Both the position numbers and the translations under genes were made by a program. A stretch of 53,620 bases of DNA from a virus: positions 1 to 53,620 of the IMG/VR virus record IMGVR_UViG_3300045988_088394, one strand, 5' to 3'. Positions within the stretch are counted from its first letter, which is position 1; every line of letters begins with the position of its first letter. Below are positions 43,852 to 51,571 of this stretch, piece by piece. The notes beneath the pieces were generated by a model. The model was not told the DNA's origin. It made no database searches and saw nothing but the letters and a program-made list of their open reading frames with translations.

Positions 43852-44736
43852 TTAGATTGAGTATTGCTCTTCAAGAAACTTGACCATTGCTCTATTCTGT
43901 GGCAGCATGTCAGGTATATTCATGCTGTCGGCCTTATAAAGCTCTGTTGCAGCGTTATACACGTCCCATACAGTTGTTTTATTTGTGTTGTGGTAGTTTA
44001 TAAGTAGCAACTCTGTAAAGCGCGAAATTTGCGCCTGATTGAGCGGATAAACGACTGGCTCTTTGATAGCTTTGTTCGATGTGTCGCACTTTACTCGGAT
44101 AGCTGTAAGCATGCCAATTAGCGTAAATACTTGCTCGGCCGTGAGTTCTATGCTTTTCATACGTTCCATTCGCTCTCTGTCGCTTACAATGATATGGCGT
44201 GCATCAACGAGCCACGACTTGATAACATCAAGTACGTCTTGCACGGTAATCTTATCACCTCGCCCAGCACCTTTTTCGGCATACGTTGATATGTAATTGC
44301 TCGCATTGAGCATACATTGGTTATGGCATATCTTGACCATATTGCCAAATCCAGCCTGAATGCCTTTTTGGTGGAATGCAATAGCGATATTCGTAGTGTT
44401 CTCACTGTCATCAAAATCGCTTATTCTTATGTTTGCGAAAACGCGCCTCAAAATGTGTGCTTCTACTGCCTTATCTCCGTACTGAGCTTCTACCTGCGGA
44501 AGTAGCACAACACCTGGCTGAGCGCGGTCTTTGTTCTGTGCTGCAAACAAGTCGTACACTTCAACATTGAAGTGTTGCTCGTTTCACATGTTAATTACTT
44601 CGTTGAGCAACTGGAAGTGATAGATGCCTTTCAAAGGGTTATTGTATACATCGTTTTCCTTGTGCGTGCGTTCGAGCTGTTCCAGTGTAATTGTCTGTAC
44701 TTTTGCTTTTTCGAAGTCAAAAAACTTATTATCCAT
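43852..44736 (-). pseudogene. DUF932/DUF3871-like gene interrupted by one in-frame TGA (44584-44586)
   Basis: ATG 44736 opens 50 codons (MDNKFFDFEKAKVQTITLEQLERTHKENDVYNNPLKGIYHFQLLNEVINM). A TGA follows, then the same frame continues into ORF 43852..44559. Confidence 0.5.
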
Positions 44737-45297
44737 TGTGTTATATATTTTAGAGTTGTTGTTTTCAAATTAAAAATGCGCTTAACGTTATCGCCCAACG
44801 AATTGTGACAGCAAAGTGCGAGGTGTACGTTTCGCTCCCAACTGGGATAAGTCTGACTTATGCACTCGTGCAACTATTCAGAGGTATCTCCTTTTCTAAG
44901 CATCTTAACGTTTAGCTTCAACGTTTGGCTTATTTATTGTTCACGCCAAACAAGAACGTTCTATGGCTATCCAAACACAGCTCGCCACAGATGAAGCCGA
45001 GTTTTTTTGTCAGGTGTTTCTTTCACCCCACGGTATGCCTGACCGCCCGCTGTTGTATACGGTTTTTCTCTACAATGGTGCTTGGATTGCACCTACGGCT
45101 TTTTAGTTGTATTGCTCAACCCTCGTAACGATAAGGTACGGTATACGTTTTCTCGGTTTGTAACGTGTTATCTCACGGCTGGTTAACACCACAGCTTTCG
45201 GATTTACTCTTATCTGAGGTTTACTTTCTGCTTTTTTGAAGGGAAAGCGCAAAGAAATTCTAAGAATCGCCCGTACCCTATTCAAACGTTTGTCTTG

Positions 45298-45346
45298 TAG
45301 GTGTGAGGGGAATCGAACCCCTCACGCTGCCTTTCCAGCTCACCTT
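45298..45346 (-). other. tRNA 3'-half-like sequence (variable-arm-like hairpin, perfect T-arm, acceptor 3' strand) with no matching 5' half
   Basis: Minus strand: AAGGTGA GCTG-gaaagg-CAGC GTG AGGGG-TTCGATT-CCCCT CACACCT A. No AGGTGTG partner lies within 100 nt. Confidence 0.35.
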
Positions 45347-45506
45347 AATACTCTTTTATTACAAGGTGCTTTCTCCACGCGTTTAAGAAGGTTATTTTGA
45401 AAACTTCTTCGCCAATGTAAGCGCAGGCCCCTGAAATGGGGTTGAATAAATACCCATCGTCGTAAACGATGCTCGCTTTGTTGTATTTGAATGTGCAATA
45501 TTTCAT
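45345..45506 (-). CDS. Small hypothetical protein (53 aa)
   Basis: The ATG is 1 nt after the TAA of the upstream gene. Hand-translated: MKYCTFKYNKASIVYDDGYLFNPISGACAYIGEEVFKITFLNAWRKHLVIKEY. Confidence 0.4.
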   Translation of the reverse strand: MKYCTFKYNKASIVYDDGYLFNPISGACAYIGEEVFKITFLNAWRKHLVIKEY

Positions 45507-45507
45507 T

Positions 45508-45768
45508 TTAGTCCAAGTTAAGATATTTAGATACTTTGTTTACGAGGCTCTCTATTGAAGAGTGGAGCGAAGAGTTGACAGCGTAATCAACATTCTCCTT
45601 GCAATAAGAAACGAGGATTTTCCTGTCATGCCAGCGAGTTATTATTACATAGAAGTCGCCATTTCTGACCTCTCCTGTAAACTGATTGTACAAGCGTTCT
45701 CCGCAATTGTCGAAGGTTATTGCTTCGTATAACTCTTTTTTGTTCACTGGGGTAATTGTCTGTATCAT
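45508..45768 (-). CDS. Hypothetical protein
   Basis: 86 aa. First gene after the promoter-leader cassette at 45785-45822. Confidence 0.55.
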   Translation of the reverse strand: MIQTITPVNKKELYEAITFDNCGERLYNQFTGEVRNGDFYVIITRWHDRKILVSYCKENVDYAVNSSLHSSIESLVNKVSKYLNLD

Positions 45769-45784
45769 TGTTGTTTTGTTTTAT

Positions 45785-45822
45785 TGTTTGTTACTTTATT
45801 TCTTAATCACGTTGCAAAGATA
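45785..45822 (-). promoter_or_regulatory. Conserved promoter-leader cassette, copy 3 (reverse island)
   Basis: Gene-sense sequence TATCTTTGCAACGTGATTAAGAAATAAAGTAACAAACA, upstream of ATG 45768. Confidence 0.6.
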
Positions 45823-45935
45823 AGAAATAAATTTATTACAAACAAGAAAACAATAAGAAAACTTCTTATTTTGTTGTGTTTTTATTTCTTACATCTAACG
45901 AAATATCTCTATATTCGCGTAAAACTCAACGAGTT

Positions 45936-46289
45936 ATGCGAGATTACAGAAATGAGCTATTAAACAAGTCGACTTCGGCAGAAAAGTCTGTTTGCCGAAT
46001 TTTGGACAAGTTGGGCGTGAAATTCATACGCCAGTACAAGATACAGACACCCCGTAAGACATTCTACATAGACATATATGTTCCAGCCCTGAACGCCTGC
46101 ATAGAGGTCGATGGTAAATACCATTTTACGGACAAGCAAAAGCGGCTTGACAACAACAGAAGTGCTTGCATAAGAAGAATTGGGCTGTCAGTAATTCGGA
46201 TATGTAATACAGATGCATACTCGGCCAAATCTGTGAAATCAATGCTGCAAAGGCATATTTTGCGGCAAAATCGAAAGAAAAACAAATAA
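45936..46289 (+). CDS. DUF559 / Vsr-like endonuclease-domain protein
   Basis: From ATG 45936: ..STSAEKSVCRILDKLGVKFIRQYKI..FYIDIYVP..NACIEVDGKYH..D..R...GLSVIRI matches the DUF559 pattern. Confidence 0.65.
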   Translation: MRDYRNELLNKSTSAEKSVCRILDKLGVKFIRQYKIQTPRKTFYIDIYVPALNACIEVDGKYHFTDKQKRLDNNRSACIRRIGLSVIRICNTDAYSAKSVKSMLQRHILRQNRKKNK

Positions 46290-46349
46290 TGCGCAGATGT
46301 GTGGCTTTCTTATTATCTACATTTGTTATTGTATAATTCAATTAAATCT

Positions 46350-46970
46350 ATGAACAAGAAAGTATTTAACGCACTTAAGACCTTGTATGCAGACAAGGGG
46401 TTGAGTCAGACAGAACTGGAGGAGTTGGCTGGAATTGTTGGCCAAAATCTCAGCGAAGATGCAAGCGAAGACGATATTAACAACGCAGCAAGCGGTGTTT
46501 CGGCCTATGTAAGCATCATGCAGAAGTTCGGTAATAGATGCGCATCTGCAGTAGAAAACAAATACAAAGGCTATGTTAAGCCAGACGTGAACCCAGAACC
46601 ACCTAAGAAGCCAACAGAAGAAGGACTTACGAAGGAACAAGTTGCAGAGATGCTTAGGACTGGCATTGACGAAGCCTTAAAGCCTTACAAGGAGAAAGAA
46701 GAACGCCAAAGATTAAACGGCATTCTTGCAGGGCAAGAGAAACTAAAAGGCATACCGTCTAAATTCGTTAGCCGTTACAACCTCGAAAAAGAGGAAGATG
46801 CTGCATCACTTGCATCACAGATTGAGCAGGATTATGCGGAAGAGCGCAAGGCGATATTATCATCGCTCGGATTTGCCGATATTCCATTGGGCAATAGTGG
46901 CGAGCCTGACAGCGATGAGGACTTCGCGAAGAAAATGCAAGATGCACAGAAAGCACTTGCAAAACCGTAA
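46350..46970 (+). CDS. Scaffolding protein (putative)
   Basis: Starts at ATG 46350. 206 aa, acidic and helical. It lies upstream of the decoration-like and capsid genes. Confidence 0.5.
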   Translation: MNKKVFNALKTLYADKGLSQTELEELAGIVGQNLSEDASEDDINNAASGVSAYVSIMQKFGNRCASAVENKYKGYVKPDVNPEPPKKPTEEGLTKEQVAEMLRTGIDEALKPYKEKEERQRLNGILAGQEKLKGIPSKFVSRYNLEKEEDAASLASQIEQDYAEERKAILSSLGFADIPLGNSGEPDSDEDFAKKMQDAQKALAKP

Positions 46971-46988
46971 AAACCAAAACGAAAAAAC

Positions 46989-47534
46989 ATGATTTACAAA
47001 GAAACTAAACCGACCAATATTCAAGAGGGCGTATGGGACGAGAAGTCTTGTGTTCGCAGACAGAGCGGTTTCAATCTTGACCAGACTGGACTCCCTGCAA
47101 CATTGAAGTGGTTACCAAAGGGCGCACCTCTTGCACTTACAGCGTCAGGCAAGGTAAGTGTATGCAAGACAGCAAAGGTCTACGAGGCAGCAGCTGAATC
47201 AGCAACAGAGGTAAAGGTGTATAAGGGCCATCTCCTCGCTGTTGGCGACAGCCTTGCAGGTTCTGCAATCACAGCTATTGACACAAGCAATGCAGACTTT
47301 GACAAGGTTACAGTTGCAGCGTTGGCAGAAAAAGCAGACAAGGACGCTGTTCTTGACAACGGGAATGCCGCAAAGGTTATCGGCCTTAATTATGCGAGTG
47401 TAGAACTTGATGGAATGCAGAGTTGTACCCCGACCTTGCAGGCTTACGAGATTGAGGAAGATACACTTCCTTATCCAATTAACGATGCTATCAAGGCCGC
47501 ATTAACCTCGCGTCACGCATTCAAGATTAAGTAA
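46989..47534 (+). CDS. Head decoration-like protein (by position)
   Basis: 181 aa, between scaffold and major capsid, as with lambda D before E. Confidence 0.4.
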   Translation: MIYKETKPTNIQEGVWDEKSCVRRQSGFNLDQTGLPATLKWLPKGAPLALTASGKVSVCKTAKVYEAAAESATEVKVYKGHLLAVGDSLAGSAITAIDTSNADFDKVTVAALAEKADKDAVLDNGNAAKVIGLNYASVELDGMQSCTPTLQAYEIEEDTLPYPINDAIKAALTSRHAFKIK

Positions 47535-47563
47535 CATAAAAGAACTTATAAAAAAGAACATAT

Positions 47564-48655
47564 ATGGATTCACTGATAAAAGAGCTTGAGAAGCCGAAGC
47601 GGTTTGACTGCTTTATTCAAGAGCAGATGAAGAACTCTACCTATATCGCAGAATGGAAGAGTGAAATTCGCTCTGTGGAATATTGCGCAGCAAAGGTATA
47701 TCAGGCATATCTCGCTGAATATGCTGCCGCAATGGTCGGTTCAATCATTGCAAAGGACGCAGAGAAGCCCACACACCAGATGCCAACTGCAAGTATGTTG
47801 ATGGGTTCCCTGAGCCGCATCGCAGACGAGTGGCAGATGGATAACGACCGACTGGAGCAGTATTATTACCTTGAAGGCCGTTACAAGGACAAAGAAGCAA
47901 CATTCTCACAAGAGCAAAAGCAGGTGGAATACGCCAAGCTCGTCAAGTTCCTGTTTGACCCATTCGAAAAGGCTGTAATTGCTCCACACAAGCGTATTGA
48001 TATGCTCTACTTTGAGGGCTTGTTCAACGGCACGCAGACCGTAGACGGAACTAATAACAAGAAGTCGCCAGTGTCGTACACATACGACCTTGGTGTTAAG
48101 CGTTTCAAGGCCAAGGTCGCAGCATGGGGAACGGAAACTGCAACACCTTTAAGCGATATTCAGGATATTGTAGACTATCTCGGTTCTAAGGGCAAGGTGG
48201 TACGCAAGATGCGTATGTCAATCCGCACATTCCGCAAGATGTGCAAGGCCAAGGAACTCAAAGATGTGTTCACACTGAAACTTGGCAAGGTAGAAGTCAA
48301 TAACGCACGAGTATCTTACAACGAAGTAAATCAGTACTTGCAGACAATTCTATTGCCTGAGATTACAATCGAAAAGGATAGATACAGCCTGTTGCAAGAC
48401 GGCACGTCAATCAACATGACACGTGATGACAGAGTCGTGTTCCAGTGCGCGGACAATGTAGCTGTGCTTAAGGTTTCTGACCCCCTTGAAACGATTGACC
48501 CTATCCCCAATAAGGTTTATTCAGTATATGATGACAACCATGTTGGTATGTGGCGAAGCGACAAGGGCCGTTTTATCGACTACGAAATGTGGGCTAATCC
48601 CGTATTCACTGGCAAGGAAGATTTGTATATCCTCGAAACGGATAAGACGAACTAA
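47564..48655 (+). CDS. Major capsid protein
   Basis: 363 aa. Position and size fit. The general sequence style is that of the lambda E-like capsid family. Confidence 0.7.
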   Translation: MDSLIKELEKPKRFDCFIQEQMKNSTYIAEWKSEIRSVEYCAAKVYQAYLAEYAAAMVGSIIAKDAEKPTHQMPTASMLMGSLSRIADEWQMDNDRLEQYYYLEGRYKDKEATFSQEQKQVEYAKLVKFLFDPFEKAVIAPHKRIDMLYFEGLFNGTQTVDGTNNKKSPVSYTYDLGVKRFKAKVAAWGTETATPLSDIQDIVDYLGSKGKVVRKMRMSIRTFRKMCKAKELKDVFTLKLGKVEVNNARVSYNEVNQYLQTILLPEITIEKDRYSLLQDGTSINMTRDDRVVFQCADNVAVLKVSDPLETIDPIPNKVYSVYDDNHVGMWRSDKGRFIDYEMWANPVFTGKEDLYILETDKTN

Positions 48656-48685
48656 TAGATAATTCATTGTTGTTTTTAGGTTGTT

Positions 48686-49024
48686 ATGAATAACAGAGAA
48701 GCAGTTGCGGCCACTATTGAGCCATATAGTGTGTCAGACGATAGCATTGATAAGGCTCTTATTGATGCAGGTGAACGCTTTGGCGAAAATCCTCCCGAAA
48801 CAGAATACACGCTGCAAGGCAAGAAGTGTGTTGCACTTGCTTCGATGTTATGTTTGTCAAGATTGCGTGTTCTCGCAGCGGAAAACATAGGCGGCATATC
48901 GCAGACTTATGCGGTGAACAAATTGGAAAAATCTATACAAGCAATAGCAAGTGATGCTGGAATATCCGCAGACCTTGTGCTTGCTGATGATAGTGAAAAT
49001 GTTGTTAGCTGTATATCAATATGA
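48686..49024 (+). CDS. Head-tail connector/adaptor protein (putative)
   Basis: 112 aa. First gene after the capsid gene. Confidence 0.4.
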   Translation: MNNREAVAATIEPYSVSDDSIDKALIDAGERFGENPPETEYTLQGKKCVALASMLCLSRLRVLAAENIGGISQTYAVNKLEKSIQAIASDAGISADLVLADDSENVVSCISI

Positions 49025-49341
49025 GATTAGAGGATAAAATAATACTCGAACGTGTTGTTGTTGGGCAAGATAAACAATTAAACCCGACTGAAACAATACA
49101 GCAGATAGACCTCGGTAAATGTATCATAACACCGAACTCGTCAGCAGCCAAAATTAAGGGCAATGACGGTTCTGATTATGTTTACAGTTATCTCGTAATC
49201 ATGCGAAAGCCTAAAGATATAACGCTGATACCGCAGGCGAACGAAAAGGTAAGGATAACAAAAAAAGATGGCTCTATTGACATGATGTGTAGGGTATCAG
49301 GCTTTGTTACCTTGCGTAGATGGTTAAAGATATGGCTGTAG
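49021..49341 (+). CDS. Head closure protein (putative)
   Basis: 106 aa, with ATGA overlap. Called on neck-module synteny. Confidence 0.4.
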   Translation: MRLEDKIILERVVVGQDKQLNPTETIQQIDLGKCIITPNSSAAKIKGNDGSDYVYSYLVIMRKPKDITLIPQANEKVRITKKDGSIDMMCRVSGFVTLRRWLKIWL

Positions 49342-49802
49342 AAGCATTTGGATTTGACGAAGTCTTGCGTAAATTAGGTTCAAGTGATTTGGCAAGCGAA
49401 CAGTCCGCACCCGATACGCGTATATTGCGTGAGTTGCAAGTAATCGCAGAAGAAGCTTGCAATATGGCCAGAGATACGTATCCGTCACGAGCAAGCGGAG
49501 GATATGATGACCACACTCGCGGTCTACGAGGAAGTATAGGCTTCAGAATCAGTTTCCAAGGCAAAGAAGTCGTGAGAGGTGGCTTCGATGGCAGAGGAAG
49601 TGAAGATGGAGAAGAAGCCGCAAATAGCGCAATCTCAAAGATGTCAATTAGTAACTCAACATGGGAAATAGTAATTGTCGCTGGAAAGGGATACGCGCGC
49701 TATGTAGAGGCGAAAGGCTACAACGTCATATCATTTATCCAAAGTTCTATTGACGAAAAGATGAGCAAACTAAAACAAGACATCAAAAAAGGTAATATAT
49801 GA
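49320..49802 (+). CDS. Neck/tail-completion protein, HK97 gp10-like (putative)
   Basis: 160 aa, ..IVIVAGKGYARYVEAKGYNVI... The start could instead be ATG 49332. Confidence 0.45.
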   Translation: MVKDMAVEAFGFDEVLRKLGSSDLASEQSAPDTRILRELQVIAEEACNMARDTYPSRASGGYDDHTRGLRGSIGFRISFQGKEVVRGGFDGRGSEDGEEAANSAISKMSISNSTWEIVIVAGKGYARYVEAKGYNVISFIQSSIDEKMSKLKQDIKKGNI

Positions 49803-50206
49803 ATGGAATGCAGGCCGTCACAGACCTATCGAAGTATATCTCGAAGAACATTGACGATATTCAAGTGTTCAAGATTGAGAAGCCTACGAACTTCGAAGGA
49901 GATTACATTTGCCTGAACTATCTGAATATATCATACGGCAGAGCAGTTAACACATCTTGCATCGTGAACATCAATCTACACGCAAGCGACATGACTGACA
50001 GCCAGCCCGACACGGAGAAACTGCAAAGAATGAGTGAGCGCATATTCAGCCTTATCCCGTGTAGTAATATAGACACAGAGGACGATGAACGCGAGCTTAT
50101 AATCGGTGGGGCTTGGTATAATATCGAAAGTGACAGCAACTGTATCAAAGACAATGACGGCACACATTTCATAAATATAAGAGTACAAGTAACATTTACG
50201 AATTAA
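49799..50206 (+). CDS. Tail terminator / tail completion protein (putative)
   Basis: 135 aa, with ATGA overlap. It precedes the major tail gene. Confidence 0.4.
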   Translation: MNGMQAVTDLSKYISKNIDDIQVFKIEKPTNFEGDYICLNYLNISYGRAVNTSCIVNINLHASDMTDSQPDTEKLQRMSERIFSLIPCSNIDTEDDERELIIGGAWYNIESDSNCIKDNDGTHFINIRVQVTFTN

Positions 50207-50218
50207 ATAGAAAAAGAT

Positions 50219-50851
50219 ATGGCTAACAAATCAGGTGCATGGGGTATCGAGAGCGTGAAATTTGCTCCTCTTGTAGACAGCCCTACGGCTGATACTGCTG
50301 GGGCAAAGTCCCCCTTCCCAACAAGTTGGGAAGAATTTAAGCTGAAAGCGATTGTTAAGGACTCGCTTAGCTTCAACGACCAAGCACCCTCTACAAATAA
50401 CATCGAAGTAGAGGACAGTGACAATTATTATGCAGTACTTCAGAGCGATGCTGGCTCAGAGGGATTCACTGTTCAGGTGTACGACATGAGCAAGGAAGCA
50501 TATATGTTCTTCTTTGGCTTCAAGGAGGGCGCAGCAAGCGGAGCTGACAAAGACTATCTTGTAGAAAACCCTAAATTTAAGCTCCAAAATCATGCCGTGC
50601 AAATTACCACAAAGGGTACAGATGAGTTCCCCTCGCACATCTTCGAGTGGGCGAACATGAAGCTCGTTGTTACAAAGAGCGGCAGTATTGGTAAGAGTGG
50701 TTTCCCCAACATCAACATTGAATGCACGAAACAGGCTGTATTCGATGTTAAGACTGGCGAGGAGATGCCTTCGGCACGCCATAAGGCAAACGCAGGTTCA
50801 ACAAGCAGCAATACAGGCCACGACCATTCAACAGTAAGTAAGAACAGCTAA
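50219..50851 (+). CDS. Major tail protein (putative)
   Basis: 210 aa. A strong terminator hairpin follows, then the chaperone pair and tape measure. Confidence 0.55.
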   Translation: MANKSGAWGIESVKFAPLVDSPTADTAGAKSPFPTSWEEFKLKAIVKDSLSFNDQAPSTNNIEVEDSDNYYAVLQSDAGSEGFTVQVYDMSKEAYMFFFGFKEGAASGADKDYLVENPKFKLQNHAVQITTKGTDEFPSHIFEWANMKLVVTKSGSIGKSGFPNINIECTKQAVFDVKTGEEMPSARHKANAGSTSSNTGHDHSTVSKNS

Positions 50852-50872
50852 ATTCCCACCATCATATTTTTA

Positions 50873-50904
50873 GCGGTAGCGACATTGGGCCGCTACCGCT
50901 TTTT
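50873..50904 (+). terminator. Intrinsic terminator after the major tail gene
   Basis: GCGGTAGCG-acattgggc-CGCTACCGC followed by TTTTT. Confidence 0.8.
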
Positions 50905-50915
50905 CATTAACACCT

Positions 50916-51347
50916 ATGGAACAAGAAAATAAGACATCATCAGTATTAGCGGAGAAGGCAATTTGGGTACGATTTGGACTCATTCCTTTCCGCATTCGCC
51001 CTCTCACCTTGGCTCAGATATGGGAGATTGGCGAAAAGGTGCAAGAGTGCAAGCAATTAGAAGTTGAAGGCCGATTTAACGCGATAGAGAAGATGCTTTC
51101 AGCGCATCAAGACATAAGAACGCTGCAAAAGATAGTCGTAAAGGCTGTTTTCCGCTCGTCTGTTGCGAGGTTTTTGCTTGGCTGGTATATCCGTAAGCAT
51201 ACAACAATGAAACGCTACAAACAAGTGATTTCTTTCTGCTCGCAAAGTTTTAATGCACCCTTTTTTTTTCAATCTATGATTTTCCTAAGAGGAGCAAAAC
51301 AAGTGACGATGAATACTCACGAAGCACCTCTCCATGGGGCTTCGTAG
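50916..51347 (+). CDS. Tail assembly chaperone (G-like)
   Basis: 143 aa. First of two ORFs between the major tail gene and the tape measure. Confidence 0.5.
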   Translation: MEQENKTSSVLAEKAIWVRFGLIPFRIRPLTLAQIWEIGEKVQECKQLEVEGRFNAIEKMLSAHQDIRTLQKIVVKAVFRSSVARFLLGWYIRKHTTMKRYKQVISFCSQSFNAPFFFQSMIFLRGAKQVTMNTHEAPLHGAS

Positions 51348-51355
51348 GGGGAATA

Positions 51356-51562
51356 ATGAAGTACTTCCGAATGAGCTACGAAGAAGTTGTGTTCAGACGG
51401 AGCTACATTAACCTTATACTACTTAACGCTGCAATTCCTGGAATTAAGCCACTTGACGAAGAGGAAAACGAAACAGAGAACCAGCACAACAGCCAACAGA
51501 AACCAAGTAAGAATTATATAACCAACGACAACGGGAATAGCTTTTTCTCGTCCTTAATGTAA
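51356..51562 (+). CDS. Tail assembly chaperone second ORF (T-like, in the -1 frame relative to 50916..51347)
   Basis: 68 aa. Its frame is open from 51290, so it overlaps the last 58 nt of the preceding gene. Confidence 0.45.
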   Translation: MKYFRMSYEEVVFRRSYINLILLNAAIPGIKPLDEEENETENQHNSQQKPSKNYITNDNGNSFFSSLM

Positions 51563-51571
51563 GTAATATAT

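Noticed and set aside
45103-45285. 60-aa very basic minus-strand ORF in the ORF-free stretch of the island
   Set aside because: It has a TTG start, no upstream promoter box and an extreme K/R composition. It lies within a region better explained as non-coding, so I keep it only as a note under that finding.
51258-51270. CCC-T9-C run as the tail chaperone frameshift site
   Set aside because: A -1 shift there meets TAA at 51287 and a +1 shift meets TGA at 51277. It cannot join the two chaperone ORFs, so it is probably just a homopolymer.
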